From: Methanothrix sp.
GTDB taxonomy: Archaea > Halobacteriota > Methanosarcinia > Methanotrichales > Methanotrichaceae
Reading direction: 5' to 3'
DNA length: 64,000 bases
NCBI GenBank assembly: GCA_040770465.1
Contig: JAXGJB010000003.1
Coordinates: 32,001 to 96,000 of the forward strand
Positions 13,005 through 23,579 of the stretch are shown piece by piece (position 1 is the stretch's first letter; the number at the start of each line of letters is the position of its first letter). Position numbers and translations under genes: made by a program. The notes beneath the pieces are model-generated. The model saw only the letters and a list, made by a program, of their open reading frames with translations, ran no database searches and had not been told where the DNA came from.

Positions 13005-14203
13005 GCGAACTCCTCCGCCAGGGCGTCGATGACGGCCTTTGCTATCGCCCTCTTCTTCCCGGAGACCTCGGACTTAACGCCCCCACGCCCCAGGATCAGA
13101 ACCCGGTTCTCCTCGGTCCCCATCCCGCCCTTCCCGACGTCGTTAGCGACGACCAGGTCGAGCCTGTTCTTCTCCATCGACTCCCGAGCCCTGGATATGA
13201 GGTCGTCGTCGGAGAGGAAGGTCTCGGCCTTGAACCCCACAATCTTGAGATGGGGGTAGAGGGACCTGACGTTCTTGATGATCTTCGAGGTGGGCACAAG
13301 CCTCAGGAGAAGCTCGCCACCGGACTTGATCTTCTCGGCCGACGGGTCCAGAGTGTAGTCGGAGACGGCGGCCGCCGCGATCATTCCGTCGTATCCTCCA
13401 CCGTCCAGCTCTGCCAGGACGGCGGCGAGCATGTCAGCGGCGCTCTCGACGTACACCTCCTTGAAGGGCAGCCCCAGGCGGCCTCGATGGACAACGGTCA
13501 CCTCCGCCCCTCGCCTCCGGGCTTCGAGGGCGATCTCCGTCCCCGTCTTCCCCGAGGCCCTGTTGGTCAGAATCCGAATGGGATCGACCCTCTCGGCGGT
13601 GGCGCCGCTCGTCACCAGGATCTTTCTGCCGGCCAGGTCCGCGGGGGAGAGAAGCCTCTCCACCTCCATCACCACAGTCTCGTTCTCGGCGATCTTCGCC
13701 TTCTCCTCCTCGATCCGGGGGTCGACGACCACGACCCCCATGGAGCGGAGAGCGTCCAGGTTCTTAGCCACCGCCGGATGGCGGTACATCGCCTCGTGCA
13801 TGGCGGGGACGACCATCACCGGAACTCCGCTCCCGAGGGCGGTGGTGGCGTAGGTGGTGACGGGGGTGTCGTCGATGCCGCAGGCGATCTTGCCTATGGA
13901 ATTGGCGGTGGCGGGGGCGATGAGGAGGAGGTCGGCCCGTCCTCCGACGCCGCAGAACTCAACGTGCTCGACCCGTCCGGTTATCCCGGTCACCACCGGG
14001 TTCTCGCTCGCGTACTCCAGGGCGTAAGGGTGGATGATCTCCGCGGCCGCCCCGCTCATGACGCAGTGGACCTCTGCCCCCCGGCGGATCAGGTCGCGGA
14101 CCAGGTCGACGGTCCTCACCGCGGCGATGGACCCAGTGACTGCAAGGACGATCAGCTTTCCAGAGAGCGAATCGCTCACCGTGCAGGATATGCTCGAAGA
14201 CAT
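13001..14203 (-). CDS. coaBC: Bifunctional phosphopantothenoylcysteine decarboxylase / phosphopantothenate--cysteine ligase
   Basis: IVLAVTGSIAA, APATANSIGKIACGIDD, VPAMH, DPIRILTNRASGKTG, AAAVSDY, VGFKAET, VVANDV. Confidence 0.95.
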   Translation of the reverse strand: MSSSISCTVSDSLSGKLIVLAVTGSIAAVRTVDLVRDLIRRGAEVHCVMSGAAAEIIHPYALEYASENPVVTGITGRVEHVEFCGVGGRADLLLIAPATANSIGKIACGIDDTPVTTYATTALGSGVPVMVVPAMHEAMYRHPAVAKNLDALRSMGVVVVDPRIEEEKAKIAENETVVMEVERLLSPADLAGRKILVTSGATAERVDPIRILTNRASGKTGTEIALEARRRGAEVTVVHRGRLGLPFKEVYVESAADMLAAVLAELDGGGYDGMIAAAAVSDYTLDPSAEKIKSGGELLLRLVPTSKIIKNVRSLYPHLKIVGFKAETFLSDDDLISRARESMEKNRLDLVVANDVGKGGMGTEENRVLILGRGGVKSEVSGKKRAIAKAVIDALAEEFA

Positions 14204-14292
14204 GTTCGTCAGGAGGGCGTATCCCGACACCTCTTAGAAATAAGTTCTCCTCTATAGTTCTCCTCGGACCCCAAGGGCCGATGAGCACAACG

Positions 14293-14300
14293 TTTATCTA
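14293..14300 (+). promoter_or_regulatory. Putative TATA box of tRNA-Met
   Basis: TTTATCTA about 27-34 nt upstream of the tRNA 5' end. Confidence 0.5.
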
Positions 14301-14326
14301 ACAAATGGCCTTAGGGGATCTGCTGT

Positions 14327-14434
14327 GCCGGGGTGGCCTAGCTGGTTAGGGCGCCAGACTCATAGGGAAGCGAAAATGAGGCGCTCGTCTCCTGAGGCAT
14401 CTGGAAGTCACGGGTTCGGATCCCGTTCCCGGCA
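14327..14434 (+). tRNA. tRNA-Met (CAT, elongator type) with a 34-nt intron at 37/38 (14365-14398)
   Basis: Acceptor stem GCCGGGG/TCCCGGC-A, D arm GCCTAGCTGGTTAGGGC, anticodon stem CCAGA-CT-CAT-A[intron]A-TCTGG, T arm ACGGG-TTCGGAT-CCCGT. Confidence 0.92.
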
Positions 14435-14682
14435 CCTTACTTTTACGGATCGTCCTTCGCAATGTCATATTTGGGCACGTGAACTCGAAGTCGTTTGAGG
14501 CCTCGCTCAAGATCGATGATAGGATGCGGAAAATTTATCAAGCTTAGTTGTATCTTGGTCTTTGTTAGGTCAGACTGGGCAGATGCATCTACCATCATAT
14601 AAGTTATGTGATACTATATGCCCTACCGATATCACTTACTTCTCAGAAGGCCGGTGGATCAATGGATTATCAGATGAGTTAG

Positions 14683-15501
14683 ATGGGGGGATTTTTCACG
14701 AAGCCGATAGATTTTCATGCTCACATTTATACCGATGAGATGGCGCCCAAGGCCATCGCCTCCGTCAAGAGGAGGATGGGGGTGAGGGTTCCGGGCCTTG
14801 GGACCGTCGCCGACCTCCAGGACTCGATGGCGAAAGCTGGCGTCGAGAGGTCGATCATCCTGCCCCTTGCGCCGCTCCCAAAGCACGTCGCTCCGACGAA
14901 CGATTTCTTCCTCGCGGCTGCTGGCAACGGAGAAGGACTCATCGCCTTCGGCGCCATACACCCATTCCAGCCGGACCTTGAGGAGGAGCTTGACAGGCTC
15001 CTGGCGGCCGGGGTGAAGGGGGTGAAGGCCGTCCCCTTCATGCAGAGGTTCTACCCCGACGACCCCCGCTGCGATCGGCTTTACGGGGCGGTGGAGGAGC
15101 GGGGGATGATCCTCCTCCTCCACGCGGGGAAGGTCCCCGAGGACCTGCCGGAGTTCTTCGGCACCCCCGACCGCTTCGCCCGGATGGTGGAACGGCATCC
15201 CGACCTGGTCGTCGTCCTCGCTCACCTCGGCGGGTGGGAGATGTGGTCTGGGGTCCGTGAGCACCTGATCCCCGCGGGGGAGAACGTCTACTTCGACACC
15301 GCCTACATCTCACCGAGCCTCACCTCCGCGGAGGCCTGCGACCTTATCTGTGAGATCGGCGCAGATCGGGTGCTATTCGGCACCGACTACCCTTGGACCG
15401 ACCAGACCGAGGAGATCGAGTTCGTCAGGGAGATGGACCTCTCGGACCGGGAGAAGAGGCTCATCCTCTCCGAGAACGCCCGAAAGCTCCTCTTCCGCTG
15501 A
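14683..15501 (+). CDS. Amidohydrolase family protein (TIM-barrel metallohydrolase)
   Basis: IDFHAH, LLLHAG, VVLAHLGG, VYFDTA, RVLFGTDYP, ILSENARKL. Confidence 0.9.
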   Translation: MGGFFTKPIDFHAHIYTDEMAPKAIASVKRRMGVRVPGLGTVADLQDSMAKAGVERSIILPLAPLPKHVAPTNDFFLAAAGNGEGLIAFGAIHPFQPDLEEELDRLLAAGVKGVKAVPFMQRFYPDDPRCDRLYGAVEERGMILLLHAGKVPEDLPEFFGTPDRFARMVERHPDLVVVLAHLGGWEMWSGVREHLIPAGENVYFDTAYISPSLTSAEACDLICEIGADRVLFGTDYPWTDQTEEIEFVREMDLSDREKRLILSENARKLLFR

Positions 15502-15556
15502 GCCATCCTCTTTCGCTGAGCCAACTTTTTTAACCGATCGAGATGGTCTCAGGGGC

Positions 15557-15751
15557 ATGAAGCGCGATCTGATGGAGATTCTGGCCTGCCCCATCTGCAA
15601 GGGCGATCTGGACCTCGAAGTATTCGAGGAGAAGGACGGCGAGATCCTGGACGGGAAGCTCTGCTGCAAGGGCTGCGGCGAGTGCTATCCTATCGAGGAC
15701 GGGATACCGAACATGCTCCCGCCGGACCTGCGGGAGGAGATGGCATCTTAG
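15557..15751 (+). CDS. trm112: Trm112-like methyltransferase activator
   Basis: [18 protein letters not shown]...[19 protein letters not shown]. Confidence 0.9.
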   Translation: MKRDLMEILACPICKGDLDLEVFEEKDGEILDGKLCCKGCGECYPIEDGIPNMLPPDLREEMAS

Positions 15752-15932
15752 GGGGCCGAAGGGCGCCTCTCGCTCGCAGGGTTTGTTCGTCCGATATGGT
15801 CAGCTATTTCGGCTATTCATCGGGAACCTCCAACTCAAAGTCCCGCCCCCAAAGACGTCTCTTAAAAATCCCTTTTATTTTGATCGTCACTCTTATCTAG
15901 GGACGAAAACCCTTCCCGGATACGTGATAAGC

Positions 15933-17543
15933 GTGAGATACATCGTCGTTACCGGCGGGGTGATGAGCGGCCTGGGGAAGGGTATCACCGCCGCCTCAAT
16001 CGGTCGGATGTTGATGGAGAGGGGCTACAAGGTCACCGCCATCAAGATCGACCCCTACATAAACATCGACGCGGGGCTGATGAGCCCCTTCCAGCACGGC
16101 GAGGTCTTCGTCCTCAAGGACGGTGGCGAGGTGGACCTGGACCTCGGCAACTACGAGCGATTTTTGGACGTGGAGCTGACCCGCGACCACAACATCACCA
16201 CCGGGAAGGTCTACAAGAGCGTCATCGAGAAGGAGAGGCGCGGCGAGTATCTGGGAAAGACCGTCCAGATCATCCCTCACATAACAAACGAGATCAAGGA
16301 GATGATTCGGGGCGTCGCGCGGGAGAGCGGCTGCGACGTCTGCGTCATCGAGGTCGGCGGGACCGTCGGCGACATCGAGGGGATGCCCTTCATCGAGGCG
16401 ATGAGGCAGCTCCGGAACGAAGAGATGGGAAACATCGCCTTCGTCCACGTCACCCTCGCGCCGACGACGACCGACGGCGAGCAGAAGACGAAGCCGACCC
16501 AGCACAGCGTCAAGGAGATGAGGTCGCTGGGGCTTCAGCCCGACATCGTCGCCGTCCGGTGCGCCCGGCCCCTGAGAGATGAGACGAAGTCGAAGATATC
16601 CCTGTTCTGCGACGTCCCCGTCGAGGGGGTGGTCTCCAACCACGACGTCGACGACGTCTACAAGGTCCCCCTCCTCCTGGAGGAGCAGAGGACGCCGCTG
16701 TACCTGATGAAGATGCTCCGGCTCTACCCCCTGGAGCATCGGACCGGCTGGGTGGAGCTGATCGAGAAGATGGTCTCGATCAACGATTCGGTCAAAATGG
16801 CGATCGTCGGCAAGTACACCGCCGGGTCGCAAGGGACGACTCACATGGAGGAGACCTACCTCTCGATCCGGGAGGCGCTCAAGCACGCCGGGATCGAGGC
16901 CGGGATCTGGCCGAGGATCACCTGGATCGATGCCGAGGATCTGGAGCACAACCCGCCAGAGAAGGTCCTCAAAGACGTCGACGGAATCCTCGTCCCCGGC
17001 GGCTTCGGAGCCCGTGGCACCGATGGGAAGATGGAGGCGGTGAGGTACGCACGGGAGAAGGGCGTCCCGTATCTTGGGATCTGTTTTGGGATGCAGCTTG
17101 CGGTCGTCGAGTTCGCAAAGAACGTCCTCGGCCTCAAGGAGGCCAGCTCCACCGAGTTCGGCGAGACCCCCCATCCGGTCATCACGATTCTTCCTGAGCA
17201 GGAGGGGGTCGAGGAGATGGGGGCTACTATGCGGCTTGGAAACTACGACGCCGAGCTGAGAGACGGCAGCATCGCCAAAAGGATCTACGGCAAAGACCTC
17301 ATCGTCGAGCGGCACCGGCATCGGTACGAGGTGAACCCCGACTACGTCTCCGCGATAGAAGAGAAGGGAATGATCTTCACCGGCAAGAACAGGAATCGGA
17401 TGGAGATCGCCGAGATCCCCGACCACCCGTTCTTCTTCTCGACTCAGTTCCACCCCGAGATGAAGTCGAGGCCCGGCCGCCCCTCGCCTCCGTTCCTCGC
17501 CTTCGTCGAGGCGATGAAGGAGCGGGCGAGGAAGCGGGGGTAA
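15933..17543 (+). CDS. pyrG: CTP synthase
   Basis: [66 protein letters not shown]; GTG start at 15933. Confidence 0.98.
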   Translation: MRYIVVTGGVMSGLGKGITAASIGRMLMERGYKVTAIKIDPYINIDAGLMSPFQHGEVFVLKDGGEVDLDLGNYERFLDVELTRDHNITTGKVYKSVIEKERRGEYLGKTVQIIPHITNEIKEMIRGVARESGCDVCVIEVGGTVGDIEGMPFIEAMRQLRNEEMGNIAFVHVTLAPTTTDGEQKTKPTQHSVKEMRSLGLQPDIVAVRCARPLRDETKSKISLFCDVPVEGVVSNHDVDDVYKVPLLLEEQRTPLYLMKMLRLYPLEHRTGWVELIEKMVSINDSVKMAIVGKYTAGSQGTTHMEETYLSIREALKHAGIEAGIWPRITWIDAEDLEHNPPEKVLKDVDGILVPGGFGARGTDGKMEAVRYAREKGVPYLGICFGMQLAVVEFAKNVLGLKEASSTEFGETPHPVITILPEQEGVEEMGATMRLGNYDAELRDGSIAKRIYGKDLIVERHRHRYEVNPDYVSAIEEKGMIFTGKNRNRMEIAEIPDHPFFFSTQFHPEMKSRPGRPSPPFLAFVEAMKERARKRG

Positions 17544-17682
17544 GGGGAGAAAAGCGATAGGCTGCGCCGTAGGGGCGGGCGGCGCGGGAAATCTTTTTGG
17601 CTCGCCTCGTGGGCCACACCTCTCCGAATTTGTAAATTCAAAAACCGATTGGTTTATGTAAGGAATTTACTGAGTTGGTATC

Positions 17683-19446
17683 ATGATCGATCCCCTGGTT
17701 TCGCTGGCATTTTCCGTTCAGTCCAACAAGGGCGTATACGCCCTCCTGTTGGGTTCTGGCGTCTCTCGTTCAGCTCAAATTCCGACAGGCTGGGAGATCG
17801 TTTTGGATCTTATAGGAAAGCTGGCGAAACTCGAAAATGAAGATTGCGAACCAGATCCTGCCGCCTGGTACAAGGACACATTTGGCAAAGATCCAGATTA
17901 CTCGGAGTTGCTCGATGCGATCGCCAAATCTCCCGCTGAGCGAAATCAGCTGTTGAAAGCCTATTTTGAGCCCAATGATGAGGAACGTGAAGAAGGGATC
18001 AAGCTACCGACAGAAGCCCACAAAGCGATAGCAAAAATGGTCGCTCGGGGCTACCTTCGAGTTATTGTGACGACGAATTTTGATCATTTGCTAGAAAAAG
18101 CTCTCGCAGAGGAGGGAATCGAACCAACCGTTATCAGCACAGCGGATTCAGTTAAAGGTGCGTTACCACTCGTACACACAAATTGCACCATCATCAAAGT
18201 GAATGGGGATTATCTCGATACTCGAATCAGAAATACTCGTGAAGAGCTGGCAAGTTACGACGAAGAGATCGACAAACTCCTCGATCGCGTCTTTGACGAG
18301 TTCGGTCTAATCGTCTCTGGCTGGTCGGGTGAGTGGGATATTGCCTTACGCTCTGCACTGGAAAGATGCAAGAACCATAGGTTCACAACTTTTTGGACCG
18401 ATATCCGAACCCCAACTGATAGCGCAAAAAAGCTAATCGAACTGCGGAGGGGCGAATTCATTCTCATTCAAAACGCGGATGCATTTTTTGATGGATTAGC
18501 CGAGAAAATCTTCGTATTGGAGGAATACAACGAGCCACATCCACTTTCTGTAAAAGCATTAGTAGCCCAAGTTAAAAAATATATTGTCGATGAGCGTTAC
18601 GAAATTCGTCTTCACGATCTTGTGAATCAAGAAGTGGAGAGGCTTTACAAAGAACTGTTTGATAAAGAAAAATTCCCATTTGATGGTATATCTAATGATA
18701 AGTTCGGTGATGAGTTCAGAAGACAAGTCAAGCTATACGAATCACTCACAAAGCCCGTACTGGCTATGATGATCACAAGATGTCGCTGGGGTAAAGAATC
18801 TCATGAGCATCTTTGGGTAAATTGCCTTGAAAGAATTGCGAATCCTCCTGAGGAAAGAGTAAGAAATCAGTTGTATAACCTGAAACAGCACATGGCCCTT
18901 CTTCTACTCTATAGCAGTGGGATTATTTCCGTTGCTACGGAAAACTATGAGCTATTTTATTCACTTCTGACTAAACCTAAAGTTAGATCCAGGTATGAGG
19001 ATTGGGCGCCCCTTGTCAAATATCTTAGTACATGGTCAGTTGTTGAAATAAACGATCAAAAATCATTACCCGGTATGGAGGGAATAGGTACACCAACGCC
19101 TTATAGTGATTATTTATATAGAAGTCTTCAAGAGCCTCTTAAAGAGTTCCTTCCTCAAGAAACCAGATATCAAAAATGTTTTGATAGGTTTGAATATTTG
19201 TATGGCTTAGTTCAAAGCGACTTTGAGATGGAGGATGGCTTTAGTGCTTCTGGGCATATCGGCAGTTTTGGCTGGAGATATGTTAGCATTATGGAGGAAA
19301 TAGAGGCCGAAGCATCAGGGGCAGGCGTTGATTGGCCACTTCTGAAAGCGGGATTTTTTGGCAGTGATATTGAACGATTCAGACGTGTTAAAAAAGGATT
19401 TGACGATTATGTTAAAGAAATTATAAGGGGGCGGGGATGGAGGTAA
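17683..19446 (+). CDS. SIR2-like (SIR2_2) domain protein, probable NADase or defence effector
   Basis: LLLGSGVSRSAQIPTGW, IVTTNFDHLLE, IIKVNGDY, LIVSGWSGEWD; lower GC than the flanking genes. Confidence 0.85.
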   Translation: MIDPLVSLAFSVQSNKGVYALLLGSGVSRSAQIPTGWEIVLDLIGKLAKLENEDCEPDPAAWYKDTFGKDPDYSELLDAIAKSPAERNQLLKAYFEPNDEEREEGIKLPTEAHKAIAKMVARGYLRVIVTTNFDHLLEKALAEEGIEPTVISTADSVKGALPLVHTNCTIIKVNGDYLDTRIRNTREELASYDEEIDKLLDRVFDEFGLIVSGWSGEWDIALRSALERCKNHRFTTFWTDIRTPTDSAKKLIELRRGEFILIQNADAFFDGLAEKIFVLEEYNEPHPLSVKALVAQVKKYIVDERYEIRLHDLVNQEVERLYKELFDKEKFPFDGISNDKFGDEFRRQVKLYESLTKPVLAMMITRCRWGKESHEHLWVNCLERIANPPEERVRNQLYNLKQHMALLLLYSSGIISVATENYELFYSLLTKPKVRSRYEDWAPLVKYLSTWSVVEINDQKSLPGMEGIGTPTPYSDYLYRSLQEPLKEFLPQETRYQKCFDRFEYLYGLVQSDFEMEDGFSASGHIGSFGWRYVSIMEEIEAEASGAGVDWPLLKAGFFGSDIERFRRVKKGFDDYVKEIIRGRGWR

Positions 19447-19553
19447 AGCGCCATAGTTATACCCGTCAACACCTTCACCACACCTCTTGATGAAATTCTC
19501 CCGTAACTTATTTGTCCCAATATCCCACTAAATCATCCCTCGGAGTCCCTCCC

Positions 19554-19862
19554 ATGACCGACCAGAAAAGCCCCAAGCATTCCGTCCCGCGGATCGAATC
19601 GATCAGAGTCAAGAACTACCGGGCGCTCTGCGACCTGGAGCTTAAACCCCTCTCGCCCCTCACCGCCCTCCTCGGCCCCAACGGCAGCGGCAAGTCCACG
19701 GTCTTCGACGTCTTCGCCTTCCTCTCCGAGTGCTTCTCGGTGGGATTGAGGCGGGCCTGGGACAAGCGGGGGCGGTTCAAGGAGCTTCACACCCGGGGGA
19801 CCACCGGCCCCATCGAGATAGTTCTGGCTTTCGGGGCAAACCATCTCGAAAACAACTGCTGA
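19554..19862 (+). pseudogene. Truncated ABC/AAA_21-type ATPase (N-terminal fragment only)
   Basis: [13 protein letters not shown]...[11 protein letters not shown] Walker A, ending after about 100 aa with no signature or Walker B motif. Confidence 0.75.
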
Positions 19863-19876
19863 CCGTTTGAGTACTG

Positions 19877-20368
19877 CTATAAATACTCCGCCTGGATCGC
19901 CACGACCTCGGTGCTATCTTTAGCCGCAGCGTACTCCTCCAGCGGCTCGCGGTTCAGCTCCAAAAAGACGTGCCCCCAGGAGAACTTGGCCAGGATCTCC
20001 TCGGCCTGGGGCCGCTGGCCGAGGATCACCAGGGCCGCGGCGAAGGCCTCGACGGTGGATAGCTTGAAGGGCTTTCCGAAGTTGACGGGGTTTGCGGCGA
20101 CGAGGAAGGGGAGCGCCCTCCCTTTGAAATGCATCTTGCCGAAGACCTCCTCGGCGTGGGCCCAGGAGCAGTCGAGGGCGGCGAGCCCCCGGCCCACCTC
20201 GGACCGGTCGGCGGGTGAGAGGGCCCGCTCGGAGAAGGGGCTCAATACCAGGTGGCCCCGGAGCTGGTTGTACCGTTTGGTGGTCCGAGCGAGACCGAAC
20301 CTCTCCAGCTTTCTTCCGGTGCACCTCTTGGGATCGCACTGGTTTGCGGAATAGATGAGCAGCTCCAT
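19877..20368 (-). CDS. tsr3: SSU rRNA aminocarboxypropyltransferase Tsr3 (DUF367)
   Basis: [53 protein letters not shown]. Confidence 0.93.
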   Translation of the reverse strand: MELLIYSANQCDPKRCTGRKLERFGLARTTKRYNQLRGHLVLSPFSERALSPADRSEVGRGLAALDCSWAHAEEVFGKMHFKGRALPFLVAANPVNFGKPFKLSTVEAFAAALVILGQRPQAEEILAKFSWGHVFLELNREPLEEYAAAKDSTEVVAIQAEYL

Positions 20369-20463
20369 GGACCGTTCTTCTACCGATAATCCTATTAACG
20401 TTGTTTGCAACTCTGGCAGCATCATTCCCTTTAGCGGAAAAAATGAACTCAGAGGCCATCCCG

Positions 20464-23052
20464 ATGAGCGAGATCTCCAAGGAGTACGATTTCAAACAGG
20501 TTGAAGAGAGGTGGGTGGACAGCTGGGACGAGTCCATCTACTATTTCGACTGGAACTCCAGCGCGCCCCAGTACATAATCGATACGCCGCCGCCTTACCC
20601 CACCGGAAACTTCCACATAGGCAACGCCCTCAACTGGTGCTACATCGACTTCGTCGCCCGGTACAAGAGGATGAGGGGCTACAACGTAATGTTCCCTCAG
20701 GGCTGGGACTGCCACGGCCTTCCCACCGAGGTGAAGGTGGAGGAGATCCACAAGATCACCAAAAACGAGGTCCCGAGGGAGGAGTTTCGCCGCCTCTGCG
20801 AGGAGCTGACCGCCCAGAACATCGCGAAGATGAGGGTGACGATGCGAAGGCTCGGCTTCTCCAACGACTGGTCCAACGAGTACGTGACGATGCTCCCGGA
20901 GTACTACTCCAAGACCCAGAAGTCCTTCGTCCAGATGTTCAATAAGGGGATGATCTATCGGGAAGACCACCCCGTCAACTGGTGTCCCCGCTGCGGCACG
21001 GCCATCGCCTTCGCCGAGGTGGAGTACGACTCCCGGACGACGAGCCTCAGCTACCTCCGCTTCGGCTCGGAGCTGGGAGACCTGGAGATCGCCACCAGCC
21101 GTCCCGAGCTTCTGGCGGCCTGCGTCGCCGTCGCCGTCCACCCCGAGGACGAGAAGAACCGGAAGTACATCGGAACCGAGGTGCGGGTTCCCGTCTTCGA
21201 CTATTCCGTTCCGGTGATCGCCGACGAGGTCGTAGACCCTGCCTTCGGGACCGGGGTCGTCATGATCTGCACCTTCGGCGACAAGCAGGACGTCCGATGG
21301 TGGGTCGAGCACGACCTCCCCCTCCGCCAGGCGATCGACCGGTCTGGTAGAATGACCGAGATCGCGGGCAAGTTCGCCGGCATGAAGATCTCTGAGTGCA
21401 AGGACGCCATCATCGAAGAGATGAGGTCAAAGGGGACGATCTACAAAGAGGAGCCCCTCGACCAGAACGTCGGCCTCTGCTGGAGGTGCAAGACCGCCAT
21501 CGAGATCCTATCCGAGAGGCAGTGGTTTGTCAAGATCGACCCCGACGAGATAATCAAGACGTCCGCCGAGATAAAGTGGGTTCCCGATCACATGGAGACG
21601 AGGCTTAAGAACTGGACCGGGACGATGGACTGGGACTGGTGCATATCGCGCCAGAGGATATTTGCGACGCCGATCCCCGTCTGGTACTGCAAATCTTGCG
21701 GCGAGCCTCTCGTCGCCAAAGAGGAGATGCTCCCCCTCGACCCGAACCGGGAGATGCCGCCGGTCTCGTGTCCAAAATGCGGCTCCGGCGAGTTCGAGCC
21801 CGAGACGGACGTCCTCGACACCTGGATGGACAGCTCCATCTCGGTTCTGAACGTCACGGGCTGGCTGAGCGACCATCCGCCCCGCTACCCTGCCCAGCTC
21901 CGACCCCAGGGCCACGACATAATCAGGACCTGGGCCTTCTACACCATCCTCAGGGCCAAAGCCCTGGTGGGGACGAGGCCATGGGATTCTATCCTCGTCA
22001 ACGGGATGGTCCTCGGCGAGGACGGCCACAAAATGTCCAAGTCCCTGAACAACTTCATAGCTCCCGAAGAGGTGGTGGCGAAGTACGGAGCCGACGCCTT
22101 CCGGCAATGGGCCGCCGTCGGCGGAAGCCCCGGAAGCGACGTAATGTTCAGATGGAAGGACGTCATCAGCGGCGGCAGGTTCCTCCAGAAGCTCTGGAGC
22201 ATGTACCGGTTTTCAGCCCCCCACGCCGTCAAGTCCGGCGACGCCACAAAAAACCAGGTCGACCGCTGGCTCCTCTTTGAGCTATCACGGATGATCGAGT
22301 CGGTCACCGACTCGATGGAGAGGTTCGCCTTCGACGAGGCCTTCCGGGCCATCAGGGGATTTGCCTGGGACGAGTTCGCCGACAACTACATCGAGCTTGT
22401 CAAGTCCCGGCTCTACGGCCCCGACGGCCCCGAGAAGAGGGCGGCCCAGTCGACGATCTACGCCGCCATCGAGGCCCTGACGAGCCTTCTTGCGCCTTTC
22501 ACCCCCTTCATCGCCGAGGAGATCAGAATAAGCCTCTCCGGCGAGTCGGTCCACACCGCCCTCTGGCCGGAGCCCCTGGAGATCTCGCCCCAGCCCGAGG
22601 GAAGCCTGATCAAGGACGTTGCAGCGGCTGTGAGAAGGTACAAGTCGGACCGGGGGATGGCCCTCAACTCGCCCCTGGCCGAGATCGAGGTCTACTCGGA
22701 CCTGGACCTGGAGACGACCGACCTCTCCGGCTCCACCAGCTCGCCTGTTTCCGTCAGAGGCGGCAAACCTGAGATCGAGACGAGGGCCGTCGAGGTGAAG
22801 CCTCAGATGAAGGCGATAGGTCCCGTCTTCAAGGACAGGAGCGGGGAGATCATCCGAAAGCTCTCGTCCATGGACCCCGAAGCTGTGGCCGGGATGGCCG
22901 CGGCCGGAAAGATCGTTCTGGAGCTGGCCGACGGCGCGGTGGAGCTGGGACCCGAGGCAGTCGAGATCGCCACCGAGACCCTCTCGGCGGGGAGGGCCGT
23001 CGAGATGATCGTTCTCGCTGGCGCCACCGTCCTCATCAGGACAGGATCATGA
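20464..23052 (+). CDS. valS: Valine--tRNA ligase (archaeal type)
   Basis: [15 protein letters not shown] (HIGH-like), [20 protein letters not shown]. Confidence 0.97.
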   Translation: MSEISKEYDFKQVEERWVDSWDESIYYFDWNSSAPQYIIDTPPPYPTGNFHIGNALNWCYIDFVARYKRMRGYNVMFPQGWDCHGLPTEVKVEEIHKITKNEVPREEFRRLCEELTAQNIAKMRVTMRRLGFSNDWSNEYVTMLPEYYSKTQKSFVQMFNKGMIYREDHPVNWCPRCGTAIAFAEVEYDSRTTSLSYLRFGSELGDLEIATSRPELLAACVAVAVHPEDEKNRKYIGTEVRVPVFDYSVPVIADEVVDPAFGTGVVMICTFGDKQDVRWWVEHDLPLRQAIDRSGRMTEIAGKFAGMKISECKDAIIEEMRSKGTIYKEEPLDQNVGLCWRCKTAIEILSERQWFVKIDPDEIIKTSAEIKWVPDHMETRLKNWTGTMDWDWCISRQRIFATPIPVWYCKSCGEPLVAKEEMLPLDPNREMPPVSCPKCGSGEFEPETDVLDTWMDSSISVLNVTGWLSDHPPRYPAQLRPQGHDIIRTWAFYTILRAKALVGTRPWDSILVNGMVLGEDGHKMSKSLNNFIAPEEVVAKYGADAFRQWAAVGGSPGSDVMFRWKDVISGGRFLQKLWSMYRFSAPHAVKSGDATKNQVDRWLLFELSRMIESVTDSMERFAFDEAFRAIRGFAWDEFADNYIELVKSRLYGPDGPEKRAAQSTIYAAIEALTSLLAPFTPFIAEEIRISLSGESVHTALWPEPLEISPQPEGSLIKDVAAAVRRYKSDRGMALNSPLAEIEVYSDLDLETTDLSGSTSSPVSVRGGKPEIETRAVEVKPQMKAIGPVFKDRSGEIIRKLSSMDPEAVAGMAAAGKIVLELADGAVELGPEAVEIATETLSAGRAVEMIVLAGATVLIRTGS

Positions 23053-23579
23053 TCGAGGTCGAGGTCAAGGCCCGGGCTCCTCCGGGGATCGAGTCGAAGA
23101 TCGCGGGCCTCGGCGGCAAGCTCGTCGGGGTCGAAGACCACCTCGACCTCTACTTCAACTCTCAGGCTCGCAACTTCAGAGTGACCGACGAGGCTCTCCG
23201 GATCAGGATCAAGGGGGCTGGAGCATACCTCACCTACAAGGGGCCGAAGCTCGACTCTGAGACGAAGTCCCGGCTGGAGCTGACCGTCCAGGTCGCCGAC
23301 CCCGGAGCGATGGAGTCGATCCTGGAGTCGATAGGCTTTTTCCGGGCCGCCGTCGTGAAGAAGAGGAGGACCAAGTACTCCCTGGCCGAGGCGATCGTCG
23401 CCGTCGACGAGGTGGAGGGGCTTGGAACCTTCATCGAGGTGGAGCTGGCCGGCGGTGAGGAGTGGGGGGCTCAGAAGAGGGCCGCCCTTGAGATTTTGGA
23501 GCGGCTCGGGATCAATGAGTCGATACGAAAGTCCTACCTAGAGCTTCTGGCCGAGGTGGAGAGACGAGATGCCCTCTGA
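23049..23579 (+). CDS. cyaB: Class IV adenylate cyclase / CYTH domain protein
   Basis: [44 protein letters not shown]. Confidence 0.9.
   Translation: MIEVEVKARAPPGIESKIAGLGGKLVGVEDHLDLYFNSQARNFRVTDEALRIRIKGAGAYLTYKGPKLDSETKSRLELTVQVADPGAMESILESIGFFRAAVVKKRRTKYSLAEAIVAVDEVEGLGTFIEVELAGGEEWGAQKRAALEILERLGINESIRKSYLELLAEVERRDAL

Noticed and set aside
14327-14660. tRNA-Met as an integration site for an island
   Set aside because: No integrase and no duplicated tRNA 3' end seen in the window. The tRNA intron itself is ordinary for euryarchaeal elongator tRNA-Met.
15488-15530. Short direct repeat CTCTT(C/T)CGCTGAGCCA at the amidohydrolase stop
   Set aside because: Trivial local duplication next to a T-rich terminator-like run
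17555-17620. GC-rich hairpins after pyrG and at about 43980-44020 as a REP/MITE family
   Set aside because: Only a 9-nt shared core (GCTGCGCCG); too little to define a repeat family by eye
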